A program made the position numbers and the translations under genes. This document shows, piece by piece, positions 40,350-49,916 of a DNA stretch of 64,000 nucleotides. The notes beneath the pieces were generated by a model. It ran no database searches. It was not told the origin of the DNA and saw nothing but the letters and a program-made list of their open reading frames with translations. Source of the DNA: an uncultured Gemmatimonadales bacterium (GTDB lineage Bacteria; Gemmatimonadota; Gemmatimonadetes; Gemmatimonadales; GWC2-71-9). Each line of letters begins with the position of its first letter. The first letter of the stretch is position 1. The stretch is taken from positions 59,709 through 123,708 of the forward strand of contig CAWBZM010000008.1 of the NCBI GenBank assembly GCA_963793205.1. The letters are read 5' to 3'.

Positions 40350-42155
40350 ATGACGGGCCTGCGGTTCCTGCTGGTCGCCGTTCTGCTCCTGCTGGGCGTG
40401 TGCGCTGCTCCGGTGGTGGCGCAGATCCCGCTGGATTCCGTGCCGCCCGATTCGCTCCTCAAGGACACGGTCAACACCACCGAGCGCTACCTCAAGGCGC
40501 AGGAGGCCAACCGGATCCTGCTCCCGGTCCTGCCACAGGTGGGGGTGCCGGCGCCGCTGCCACCTGGCAGCCGGATCGTCCTCGATCGCGATTCGCTCGA
40601 ATGGGCGCTCGCCGAGACGGTGAGCGACCTGCTGCAGCGGGTCCCCGGCGTCTACCTCTGGCGTGGCGGCTGGCTGGGTCGGACCGAAAACCCCGATTAT
40701 CGGGGGCGGGGCCCCAGCTCGGTGGAGTACTTCGTCGACGGGCTCCCCTATCTCCCGATCGGGGTGGACAGTCTCGGCATCGATCCATCGTTCTTTTCCC
40801 TGAGCCTGTACGACCGGATCGAGATCGAGCAATGGCCCGGCCTGCTCCGGGTGCGGCTCTTCACCCGACGCCATGCCAGCAAGGCGCCCGGCTCCCGCAT
40901 CGGCATCAGCTCAGGGGACAAGCAGGTCGCCCGCTACAACGGCGCACTTGAATACCGCTTCACCAACGGCCTGGGCCTCTCCCTCGGCGGCGAGCGCATG
41001 GTGGCGCCGACAGCCACCGGACAATCCAGCGATTTCGACATTACCAACGTCTGGCTCCAGGCCGGGTGGGTGCCGTCAGCTCGGTTCGGCATTCAGGCCC
41101 AGTTCCTCGGGTCCAAACCGGATCGTAAGGCGTTTGTCGGTGACCAGGGTGATACCCTCGAACTCCGCCAGACCGGCACCCGCAACGACCAGCAGCTCCG
41201 GGTCTTCTGGGGCAGCCGAGGCGATGGCCTCGGCCTGCGGGTGGACGGCCTGCTGGGCCGGACCTCGTGGACTGGTGGCGGGGTGAAGGACGTCGTACGG
41301 CAGGGCGGGGTGGTCGTCGGGCTCCGGAGCCCCACGCTCGGACTCACGGCACATGCGTTCAACCGGTCGCGCATTACCCCCATCGACCTCGGCGCAGAGG
41401 CGGGGTGGACCCCGGCGAACCTGCTGAGTCTATCCGTCGATGCGGGATACCAGACCCATGATCTCGACCGAACCAGCCAGTGGGTCGGTGCCAGGGCAGG
41501 ACTGCAACTACCGGGGGGATTCAGCTTCACCGGCGCGGGCCGCACTGGGAAATTGGTGGCCGCCCCGGCACTCCTGTTCAATGAGGCGCAGTCCCTCACC
41601 GACTGGCAGGTCGGCGGTCAATGGAACCTGAGCTGGTTCGGGGTCGAGGCGGCGTACGCGAGCACCGATGCCTTCCAGCCGCTTGCCTATCGCTCGTTCC
41701 GGCCCACCGTGGACTCGATCGGGCGGGCTCCGGCGACCGAGTGGGTGACGCTCGGCTGGCGGCTCTCGCCCAAAAAATGGTTGACGCTGCAGGGATGGTA
41801 CAGCAATCCGCGGGGTGGGGATGCGCCCGAGGGCGTCCCTCCCTCCCATTCCATGACCACGGCGACCATTCGGTCCAAGTTCTGGCGGACCTTCCCCAGC
41901 GGCATCTTCGACTTCAAGGCCCAGCTGGCCTTCGAGAGCTGGGGCGACGGTATCATCGGGCGGGATCCGTCGGGCAATCCGCTGGCCCTGGACGGCGCCT
42001 CGTTCATGCGCACGATGATCGAAATCCGGCTCGATTCCTTCCTGCTCTACTGGGATCGCTACAACCTGCAGTCCAGTCGCAAGACCTATGTCCCAGGGTT
42101 CACCCAGCCGATCCTGGGCAGCACCTTCGGGGTGAAGTGGGTGTTTGCGAATTGA
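40350..42155 (+). CDS. Outer-membrane beta-barrel with a TonB-dependent-receptor-like plug domain
   Basis: Signal peptide; plug-like TVSDLLQRVPGV...VDGLP..D; alternating beta strands; C-terminal FGVKWVF. Confidence 0.7.
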   Translation: MTGLRFLLVAVLLLLGVCAAPVVAQIPLDSVPPDSLLKDTVNTTERYLKAQEANRILLPVLPQVGVPAPLPPGSRIVLDRDSLEWALAETVSDLLQRVPGVYLWRGGWLGRTENPDYRGRGPSSVEYFVDGLPYLPIGVDSLGIDPSFFSLSLYDRIEIEQWPGLLRVRLFTRRHASKAPGSRIGISSGDKQVARYNGALEYRFTNGLGLSLGGERMVAPTATGQSSDFDITNVWLQAGWVPSARFGIQAQFLGSKPDRKAFVGDQGDTLELRQTGTRNDQQLRVFWGSRGDGLGLRVDGLLGRTSWTGGGVKDVVRQGGVVVGLRSPTLGLTAHAFNRSRITPIDLGAEAGWTPANLLSLSVDAGYQTHDLDRTSQWVGARAGLQLPGGFSFTGAGRTGKLVAAPALLFNEAQSLTDWQVGGQWNLSWFGVEAAYASTDAFQPLAYRSFRPTVDSIGRAPATEWVTLGWRLSPKKWLTLQGWYSNPRGGDAPEGVPPSHSMTTATIRSKFWRTFPSGIFDFKAQLAFESWGDGIIGRDPSGNPLALDGASFMRTMIEIRLDSFLLYWDRYNLQSSRKTYVPGFTQPILGSTFGVKWVFAN

Positions 42156-42159
42156 GGCT

Positions 42160-42336
42160 GGTCGGGCGGTCGGGCGGTCAGGCGGTCAGGCGGTCAGGCG
42201 GTCGGGCGAAGGTGATCAACGAGGCTTGAGGAAACAAGGACCCTCGACCCTCGGCCCTCGACCACTAGCTACCCGCTACCCGCTACCCGCGACCCATGAC
42301 TCTCGACCCATAGCCACCCCAACTACCCATAACCCC
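42160..42336. repeat. Bipartite array: (GGTCRGGC)x6, then about 12 C-rich 7-mers (GACCCTC/GCTACCC)
   Basis: Read directly between the barrel gene stop and the yicC upstream region. Confidence 0.9.
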
Positions 42337-42386
42337 GCATCCGCGTTATACTTCCCAGCTTTCCCTGAACCGGGAACGGACACACT

Positions 42387-43268
42387 TTGCCCTACAGCAT
42401 GACGGGGTTCGGGACCGCGGACGGAACAGTTGGTGGCGGCAGGGTGCGCATCGAAATTCGCACCGTCAATCACCGGCACTTCAACCCGTCGCTCAAACTG
42501 CCGGGCGAGTTCACCGCACTCGAGGGTGAGTTGCGGGAACGGCTCCGCCGTGAGTTTGATCGCGGGCACGTCGCCGTCAGCCTGCGGTGGGAGGAAATTC
42601 CAGAGCAGCGGGTTCCGACGCTGCAGGTGAACCTCGATCGGGCCCAGGCGGCAGTGGGCGCGATCCGCGAGTTGCAGCAGGCGCTGCAGCTCCCCGGCGA
42701 GATCGACCTCGCGATGGTGCTGCGTCAGCCTGACGTCATCAGCACCGTCCGTCAGGACGAAGTCCCGAGCATTCCGCTGACTGAGGTGGAGCCGGTGCTG
42801 CTGCAGGCGGTGTCGGAGTGCAAGGCCATGCGGCGTCGGGAAGGTGGTGTGCTTGCCACCGAACTGTTGCACCGATTGGTCTTGCTGGAAGCAGCGGCCG
42901 GAATCATCGCGGCCCGTGCGCCGGAGCGGCTGGTGCGGGAGCGGGACCGGTTGCGGGGGAATGTCACCCAGTTGCTCGACGGCCGGGCGCCGGACGACCA
43001 GCGCGTGGCACAGGAAATCGCCTTTCTGGCGGACAAGCTGGACATCACCGAGGAGGTGGTGCGGTTCGCGGCCCACATTGCCGCGTGCCGTGAGGCGCTG
43101 GCCAGCGAGGCCCCGGTGGGCAAACAGCTCGGATTCCTGGCGCAGGAGCTGGGCCGGGAAGTGAACACGATGGGGTCCAAGGGCAACGACGCCGAGATTC
43201 TGCAGCAGGTCATCCTCATGAAGGGTGAGCTGGAGAAGTTCCGGGAACAGCTCGAGAATCTCGAGTGA
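42387..43268 (+). CDS. yicC: YicC/YloC family endoribonuclease
   Basis: SMTGFG, EIRTVNHR, DKLDITEEVVR, GK.L.FL.QE.GRE.NT.GSK, EK.REQ..N.E. Confidence 0.93.
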   Translation: MPYSMTGFGTADGTVGGGRVRIEIRTVNHRHFNPSLKLPGEFTALEGELRERLRREFDRGHVAVSLRWEEIPEQRVPTLQVNLDRAQAAVGAIRELQQALQLPGEIDLAMVLRQPDVISTVRQDEVPSIPLTEVEPVLLQAVSECKAMRRREGGVLATELLHRLVLLEAAAGIIAARAPERLVRERDRLRGNVTQLLDGRAPDDQRVAQEIAFLADKLDITEEVVRFAAHIAACREALASEAPVGKQLGFLAQELGREVNTMGSKGNDAEILQQVILMKGELEKFREQLENLE

Positions 43269-43903
43269 AGCCGTTTCTGCTGGTGTTGTCGTCGCCCTCG
43301 GGCGGCGGGAAGACCACCATTGCCCGCCGGCTGCTGGATCGGCGGATCGACATGGGGTATTCAATCTCGGCCACCACCCGTGCGATGCGGGACGGTGAGC
43401 AGCACGGGCGGGACTACTGGTTCCTCGCGCCCGAGGACTTCGCCGCCCGGGTGGCCCAGGGAGCGTTTGTAGAGCATGCCAGCTACAACGGCAAGCACTA
43501 CGGCACGTTGCGCTCCGAGGTCGATCGCATCTTCGCGCAGGGCCGGCATGTGGTACTGGACATCGATGTGGAAGGCGCCCGTCAGGTGCGGCAGCGGATG
43601 CCTGAAGCGGTGACCATCTTCGTGCTGCCACCCAGTGGCCACGAACTGGTGCGACGGCTCCGGGCGAGGCAGACGGAGGGCCCGGAGGCGCTGCAGCGGC
43701 GTCTCGCCATTGCCGATGCCGAGCTGCAGTCGGTGGGAGAATACGAGTACGTGGTCGTCAACGACGACCTGGCGCGGGTAGTGGAGGATGTGAATGCCAT
43801 CGTGAATGCCGAGAGTCGGCGCGCGGTGCGGCGGGATGGCTTGCCGGACAAGATTGCGGCGATCCGGCAGGAAATTGAAGCAGCGGCAGGGAAGCTGGTC
43901 TAG
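43265..43903 (+). CDS. gmk: Guanylate kinase
   Basis: SPSGGGKTT, SATTR..R.GE..G.DY.F, YGT, LDIDVEGA. Confidence 0.96.
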   Translation: MKPFLLVLSSPSGGGKTTIARRLLDRRIDMGYSISATTRAMRDGEQHGRDYWFLAPEDFAARVAQGAFVEHASYNGKHYGTLRSEVDRIFAQGRHVVLDIDVEGARQVRQRMPEAVTIFVLPPSGHELVRRLRARQTEGPEALQRRLAIADAELQSVGEYEYVVVNDDLARVVEDVNAIVNAESRRAVRRDGLPDKIAAIRQEIEAAAGKLV

Positions 43904-43956
43904 CAGGTCAGTTGGTGGCGTCACGCGCCACCCCACGGTCAGGAGAAAACACGGTC

Positions 43957-44169
43957 ATGAAGATCTACACCCCGGTGGAAGCCGCGAAGCAGGCGGGCAA
44001 CAAGTACCTCAGCATTCTCGTGGCGGCGAAGTTTGCCCGGCACATCAACGAGTTGCCCAAGGAGCGGCTGGCGCAGAACACCACCAAGCTGACCACCCAG
44101 GCGCTGGAAGCGCTCTGCGTGGGCGATCTCGAGTACCGGATTTCCCGCCGGCGTCGCAGCGAGGCGTGA
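43957..44169 (+). CDS. rpoZ: RNA polymerase omega subunit
   Basis: NKYLSILVAAKFAR.IN, K.T..AL; conserved gmk-rpoZ-coaBC context. Confidence 0.85.
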   Translation: MKIYTPVEAAKQAGNKYLSILVAAKFARHINELPKERLAQNTTKLTTQALEALCVGDLEYRISRRRRSEA

Positions 44170-45365
44170 CCGTGTGGGCCGGCCGTCACGTCGTGGTTGG
44201 CGTGTCGGGCGGCATCGCCTGTTACAAGAGCTGCATCCTGGTCCGCCGGCTGGTCGAAGCCGGCGCCCGGGTGGATGTGATTCTCACCGCGGGGGCCGCC
44301 GAATTTGTGCGGCCTCTGACGTTTGAAGCCCTGTCCGGCCGCCCGGTCCTCAGCTCGCTCTGGGATCGTGATGCCGCCCTCCAGCACGTGCGCCTGGCCC
44401 AGACCGCAGACCTCATCATCGTCGCCCCTGCCACCGCCAACCTGCTCGCCCGGGCAGCCCAGGGGATTGGCGACGACCTGCTCACCACACTCCTGCTCGC
44501 CCGCACCGTCCCGCTGCTCCTCGCGCCCGCCATGAACGATGCGATGTTCGCCCACCCCGCGACCCAGACCAACATTGCCCTGCTTCGCGAGCGCGGCGCC
44601 GAGATGGTCGGTCCCGAGGTGGGCGCGCTGGCGGAAGGTCCCTCGGATCGTCCTGGCCGGATGAGCGAACCGGAGACGATCCTGGCCCATGCGGCGCGCC
44701 TGGTGAACCGCCGCGAACCGTGGGCCGGTCGCCGGGTCGTGGTCACCGCCGGCCCTACCCGCGAACCGATCGATCCGGTCCGGATGGTTTCCAACTATTC
44801 CAGCGGCAAGATGGGATATCGGCTGGCCGAAGCAGCCTGGGAACGCGGCGCCGAGGTGGTATTGATCAGCGGTGTGGTGCGGGAGCTCCCACCGATCGGG
44901 GTGCGGGTGGTGCCGGTCGATACCACGGCGGAACTCGAAGCGGCGGTTCAACAGGAACTGCCCCGCGCCGATGTCCTGGTCATGGCCGCCGCGCCCGCTG
45001 ATTTCCGCCCCGTCGCGCCCACCGCCAGCAAACGGCCTCGCCAGGATGGCGCACTATCGCTGGCGCTCGAGCCGACGCGGGACATTCTTCAGGCGACGAT
45101 GGGACTGCGCAAGGCCGGCAGCGTGATCGTCGGTTTCGCCCTGGAGACCGGTGGTGCGGTGGAGAAGGGTCAGGCCAAGCTGGCACGCAAGAATCTGGAT
45201 CTGATCGTGGTGAACGATGCGCTCGAGCCGGGCGCCGGCTTCGAGGTCGACACCAACCGGGTCGTGATCCTGGACCGGGAGGGTGCCCAGCGCGAGGTGC
45301 CGCTGGCCAGCAAGCGGGTCGTGGCGGATGCCATCCTCGACGCGGTCGAGAGCCGCTTTGTCTGA
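44166..45365 (+). CDS. coaBC: Bifunctional PPC decarboxylase/PPC synthetase
   Basis: GGIACYK, APATAN, APAMN, VTAGPT.E.IDPVR..SN.SSGKMG, GFALET. Confidence 0.96.
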   Translation: MTVWAGRHVVVGVSGGIACYKSCILVRRLVEAGARVDVILTAGAAEFVRPLTFEALSGRPVLSSLWDRDAALQHVRLAQTADLIIVAPATANLLARAAQGIGDDLLTTLLLARTVPLLLAPAMNDAMFAHPATQTNIALLRERGAEMVGPEVGALAEGPSDRPGRMSEPETILAHAARLVNRREPWAGRRVVVTAGPTREPIDPVRMVSNYSSGKMGYRLAEAAWERGAEVVLISGVVRELPPIGVRVVPVDTTAELEAAVQQELPRADVLVMAAAPADFRPVAPTASKRPRQDGALSLALEPTRDILQATMGLRKAGSVIVGFALETGGAVEKGQAKLARKNLDLIVVNDALEPGAGFEVDTNRVVILDREGAQREVPLASKRVVADAILDAVESRFV

Positions 45366-46386
45366 TCTCCGCCGCTACCTGCAGCAACAGATTGAACTGG
45401 GCGGGGCGGAAGTGGTGCTGCCGGAGGAGTCGGAGGCTCCACGCGGCTTGGTGGCACCTCGGCTCGGCGGCTCGGCCTCGCCACCAGCGGATACTGATCA
45501 GCAACAAGCGGTGGAACCCAGGCCGAGCCGCGATGAGCCGCCGGTGCACTCCAATCGTCGCGGCGAATTCCTGCTTCCAGAGCCGAGCCGGGTAGCCGCG
45601 ACCGAGCCCCCTCGGGAGCCCGAAGGGCGACCCGGGGCGAGGGAGTCCTTTAGGGCCGAGCCGCGGCCGAGTCCCGCGGGGAGCCCGGCGGGCGACCCTG
45701 GACGAGGGAGTCCTTCAGGGCCGAGCCGCACAGCCGCTGAGCCGGGCCGCTGGCGCAAGGATGCGCCGCCAATCCCTGGTGAAGGACTGAATATCGAGCT
45801 CCCTCCGGAGTCCCCGTTGGCGCGCGAGCTGGCCGCAGTGCAGTCGCTGGAGGCCGTGGCGGGGCTGATCAGTGGCTGCACCCGGTGTCCGCTGTGCGAG
45901 GGGCGGACCCAGACGGTGCCGGGTGAAGGAAATCCCACCGCTACCCTGATGTGCGTGGGGGAGGGTCCGGGCCAGAAGGAGGACGAGAGCGGGCGGCCAT
46001 TCGTGGGGGCGGCGGGCCAGCTGCTGGACCAGATTCTGGGCGCTATTGATTGTCCCAGAACCAGCGTGTATATCGCCAACATCGTGAAGTGCCGGCCGCC
46101 AAAGAATCGAAAGCCGCTTCCGGATGAGGCGACTGCCTGCCTCCCTTATCTTCATCGACAGATCGCGCTGGTGCGTCCCAAGGTGCTGCTGGCCCTGGGC
46201 GGGACAGCCGCCGAGTGGCTGCTCGGCACCAGGCAGAGTCTAGGGTCGCTGCGCGGTCGGGTGCATCGTTTTGCCGGGATTCCGCTGGTGGTGACCTATC
46301 ACCCTGCGGCGCTGCTCCGGAACCCCAACTGGAAGAAGCCCACCTGGGATGACGTCCGTATCGCACGACAACTCCTCGACCTCTGA
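45358..46386 (+). CDS. Uracil-DNA glycosylase family 4 (Fe-S) with a long N-terminal insertion
   Basis: C..C.LC, VGEGPG..ED..GRPFVG.AG, N.VKCRPP.NR, C..YL, TYHPAALLR. Confidence 0.92.
   Translation: MSDLRRYLQQQIELGGAEVVLPEESEAPRGLVAPRLGGSASPPADTDQQQAVEPRPSRDEPPVHSNRRGEFLLPEPSRVAATEPPREPEGRPGARESFRAEPRPSPAGSPAGDPGRGSPSGPSRTAAEPGRWRKDAPPIPGEGLNIELPPESPLARELAAVQSLEAVAGLISGCTRCPLCEGRTQTVPGEGNPTATLMCVGEGPGQKEDESGRPFVGAAGQLLDQILGAIDCPRTSVYIANIVKCRPPKNRKPLPDEATACLPYLHRQIALVRPKVLLALGGTAAEWLLGTRQSLGSLRGRVHRFAGIPLVVTYHPAALLRNPNWKKPTWDDVRIARQLLDL
45614..45729. repeat. 65-bp imperfect tandem duplication inside the UDG gene
   Basis: CGAGGGAGTCCTTYAGGGCCGAGCCGC at 45638 and 45703, each preceded by GGGAGCCCG..GGGCGACCC. 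Confidence 0.85.
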
Positions 46387-47740
46387 CGCATCGCACGTTC
46401 GCGGGGCGCCCTGGAGCAATGATGCCGAGCAGGCGGTCCTCGGCGCCATGCTGCTCGACCAGGACGCCGCCCTGCGTGCCGTCGAGCTGCTGGATGACAC
46501 GCTGTTCTACCGGGAGGGCCACCGTCGGCTGTTCCGGGCCATGCGGCGGCTCATCGAGCAGCGCGTGGTCATCGACCACATCACGCTGCGGGATGAACTT
46601 GCCCGGAAGAACGAGCTCGAGGCCGCTGGCGGGGAGCCCTACCTCGCCGAACTGATCGACTCGGCGGTCACCGCCGCCAATCTCGATGCCCACGCCGCCA
46701 TCGTCCGGGAGAAGGCGGTGCTCCGCCAGCTCATCGAGGCGGCGACCGCGATCGTCTCGCACGCCTACGACGGGGCCCTGGCGGCCAACGAACTGCTGGA
46801 CGAGGCCGAGTCCCGGATCTTCCAGATCTCCCAGTACCAGAAGGCGGAGGGATTCAGCCGGCTCAAGGAAATGCTCTGGCCGACGATGGAGCGCATCGAA
46901 AAGCTCAGCAAGCAGGGCACTTCGGTTACCGGTGTGCCGAGCGGGTTTCGAGATTTGGATGAAATGACGACCGGGTTCCAGCCCAACGATCTCATCATCC
47001 TCGCGGCCCGCCCGTCCATGGGGAAGACCGCCTTCTGCCTGAACATCGCAGCTCAGGCCGCGGCCTCGGGCAAGGGCACCGCCATCTTCTCGCTGGAAAT
47101 GTCCAAGGAGTCGCTGGTCCAGCGGCTGCTGTGCGCCGAAGCAAGGGTGGACAGCCAGAAGGTCCGGCGGGGCATGCTGTCGGACACCGATTTCACCATG
47201 CTGGCACGGGCGGCGGGCGTGCTCTCCAGCTGCCCGATGTGGATCGACGATACACCCTCGCTGACGCTGCTGGAAATGCGCTCCAAGGCGCGTCGGCTGC
47301 GGATGGAAAATGACGTGGGGCTGGTCATCGTGGACTATCTCCAGCTGATGCGCAGCCCGGCCTACGCGGAGAACCGGGTGCAGGAAATTTCCGACATTTC
47401 GCGATCGCTGAAGGCCCTGGCCCGCGAGCTGGAGATCCCGGTGATGGCGCTCTCGCAGCTGTCCCGGGCCTCGGAACAGCGGGGCGGGGAGCGGAAGCCC
47501 ATCCTGTCCGACCTGCGCGATTCCGGCGCCATCGAGCAGGATGCTGATATCGTGCTCTTCATCCACCGGCCGGAGATGTACGAGCCGATCGACAAGGATG
47601 GGAACAGCAACGAGGGGCGGGCGGAGCTGATCGTGGCCAAGCACCGCAACGGCCCGACCGGCACCGTCGACCTCTATTTCCACAAGCAGTTCACCCGATT
47701 CGCCAGCCGGAGCGACCGGGAAGAGCCGGAGTACGCGTAG
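46349..47740 (+). CDS. dnaB: Replicative DNA helicase
   Basis: AEQAVLG, AARPSMGKTA, FSLEM, VDYLQLM, LSQLSR, SDLRDSGAIEQDAD, KHRNGPTG. No intein. Confidence 0.97.
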   Translation: MTSVSHDNSSTSDASHVRGAPWSNDAEQAVLGAMLLDQDAALRAVELLDDTLFYREGHRRLFRAMRRLIEQRVVIDHITLRDELARKNELEAAGGEPYLAELIDSAVTAANLDAHAAIVREKAVLRQLIEAATAIVSHAYDGALAANELLDEAESRIFQISQYQKAEGFSRLKEMLWPTMERIEKLSKQGTSVTGVPSGFRDLDEMTTGFQPNDLIILAARPSMGKTAFCLNIAAQAAASGKGTAIFSLEMSKESLVQRLLCAEARVDSQKVRRGMLSDTDFTMLARAAGVLSSCPMWIDDTPSLTLLEMRSKARRLRMENDVGLVIVDYLQLMRSPAYAENRVQEISDISRSLKALARELEIPVMALSQLSRASEQRGGERKPILSDLRDSGAIEQDADIVLFIHRPEMYEPIDKDGNSNEGRAELIVAKHRNGPTGTVDLYFHKQFTRFASRSDREEPEYA

Positions 47741-47836
47741 CGAACCGGCAGTCGGTCGTTCTGTAAATGTTGAGGAGTCCCTGATGCGTCATGCCCCGGT
47801 TGGGTCGTATCTGTCCGCCGACCTGCCCGACCCCCA

Positions 47837-49200
47837 ATGGCTAAGCCCCGCTCGGTTTATCGCTGTACCGAATGCGGGCACGACCACCCCAAGTGGGTGG
47901 GCAAGTGCGAGGCGTGCGCCGCCTGGAACACCGTGGCCGAGGAGCCGATCGCCGTCGCGCGCAAAACGGCAGAACCGGCCGGTCGGCGCGCGATGGGCGA
48001 GTGCGGTCCCGGCCGTCTGCGGGATATCGAAGAGAGCCGCCTGGTCCGCTGGTCCACCGGGATGCCGGAACTCGATTTCGTCCTCGGCTGCGGCATCGTG
48101 CCCGGATCGATGATCCTGGTGGGCGGGGAGCCGGGCATCGGCAAGTCGACCCTGCTGCTGCAGGCGGCGGCCCGACTCGAAGCGTCGGGCCGCAAGGTGC
48201 TGTATGCCAGCGGCGAGGAATCGCCCGAACAGATCCGGCTGCGCGCCAGCCGGCTGGTCGAGGATGCCGGTCCGGTGCACGTGGTGGGCGAGACCCGGCT
48301 GGAAGCGATCCTCGATGCCGCCCAGGACGCTGGGCGCGGACCTGCTGATCCTCGACTCCATCCAGACGGTGTACACCGACCTGCTGGAAGGAGCGCCCGG
48401 GCAACGTCGGGCAGGTGCGGGAGTGCTCCGCCAGGCTCATGCGGTTCGCCAAGGAAACCGGCGCGGCGGTGATCGTGGTGGGCCACGTCACCAAGGGCGG
48501 CGGCATCGCGGGGCCCAAGACGCTCGAGCACATCGTCGACACAGTGCTCTATTTCGAGGGCGAAGCGACCCTCGACCACCGGCTGCTGCGCGCCACCAAG
48601 AACCGGTTCGGCTCGGTGGACGAGATCGGGGTCTTCTCGATGACCGGCCGGGGCCTCGAGCCGGTCCCCAATCCTTCGGCCCTCTTCCTCGCGGCCCGGG
48701 CCGCCGGCATCAGCGGCAGCGCGGTCACCGCGCTGATGGAGGGAACCCGTCCGATGCTGGTGGAGGTGCAGGCGCTGGCGGCGCGCAGTGGGTTCGGTAC
48801 TCCGCAGCGGGTGGCCACCGGGCTGGATCAGAAGCGGCTGGCCGTGCTGCTGGCCGTGCTGGAACGGCGCGGAGGGACCAACTTCACCGACCTCGACGTC
48901 TTCGTGCAGGTCACGGCCGGCGTGCGCCTGACCGAGCCGGGCTCTGACCTCGCGGTGGCGGCGGCGCTGATCTCCAGCGTGCACGACCGTCCCGCCCCGC
49001 CGGATGCCCTCTTCCTCGGCGAGCTCGGCCTCGGGGGCGAGGTACGGCCCATGGGCGGCATTGACCGCCGTCTGGTGGAAGCGGCCCGACTCGGGTTCCG
49101 TCGGGTGTTCTGTTCCGGGCGCAGCTCGAGCCAGATCGGGGGGCTGACCCTGGTACCGATCGATCACGTCGACCGACTGGTGCACGCGCTTGCCGCGTGA
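47837..49200 (+). CDS. radA: DNA repair protein RadA/Sms (frameshifted near 48330-48410)
   Basis: C..CG...KW.G.C..C..WNT, GGEPGIGKSTLLLQ, GHVTK.G.IAGPK.LEH.VD, KNRFG. Confidence 0.95.
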
Positions 49201-49909
49201 TGTCGGTGTCGTGCTGGTCGCGGCCGGCCAGGGGACCAGGGTCGGTGGCGCGGTACCGAAACAGTTTCGCCTCCTCGGCGGAATGCCCGTCCTGCTCTGG
49301 TCGCTCCAGGCCTTCCTCGATCATCCCGACATCGCGCAGGTGGTGATCGTGCTGCCAGCACCGGCGGAAGCACCGGTGTGGCTGGCACCGCTCGTGGATC
49401 GGCGGGTGGTGCTCGCGGTCGGTGGCGCGGAGCGGTCGGATTCGGTGATCCAGGGGACCACCGCACTTGGGTCTGAGTGCATTACCGTTCTGGTACACGA
49501 TGCGGCGCGTCCGCTGATCGACCGCGCGACGATCGATGCGGTGATTGCCACGGCCCGCACCGGCACCGGAGCGGTACCCGGCATCCCGGTCGGGGATACC
49601 GTGAAAGAATCGCACGCCGGGGACGGTTCCAGGCCCCGCATCGTACGCACCGTACCGCGGGAAGCGCTCTGGCGGGCTCAGACCCCGCAAGGATTCCCCC
49701 GAGCGATGCTGGAGGCGGCCCAGGCGCAGGCCCGAACGGACCGGTCCCAGCCCACCGACGATGCCGCCATGGTGGAACACGCCGGGGGGACGGTGCGCCT
49801 GGTGCCGGGTTCAGATCATAATTTCAAGCTGACCACTGAAGCGGATTTCGCGCTGGCGGAACTGATCCTGGCGGCCCGCCAGAGCTCCGCCGCGTTGAAG
49901 GAAGATTGA
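49190..49909 (+). CDS. ispD: 2-C-methyl-D-erythritol 4-phosphate cytidylyltransferase
   Basis: AAG.G.R.G...PKQF, GG.ER.DSV, VHDAARP, AQTPQ.F, TDDA, N.K.TT..D. Confidence 0.95.
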   Translation: MPRDVGVVLVAAGQGTRVGGAVPKQFRLLGGMPVLLWSLQAFLDHPDIAQVVIVLPAPAEAPVWLAPLVDRRVVLAVGGAERSDSVIQGTTALGSECITVLVHDAARPLIDRATIDAVIATARTGTGAVPGIPVGDTVKESHAGDGSRPRIVRTVPREALWRAQTPQGFPRAMLEAAQAQARTDRSQPTDDAAMVEHAGGTVRLVPGSDHNFKLTTEADFALAELILAARQSSAALKED

Positions 49910-49916
49910 GGCCATC

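Noticed and set aside
46043-47683. Long antisense ORFs opposite dnaB, nfeD, pepA, sdhA and others
   Set aside because: Expected stop-poor shadow frames in high-GC coding DNA, with no recognisable motifs.
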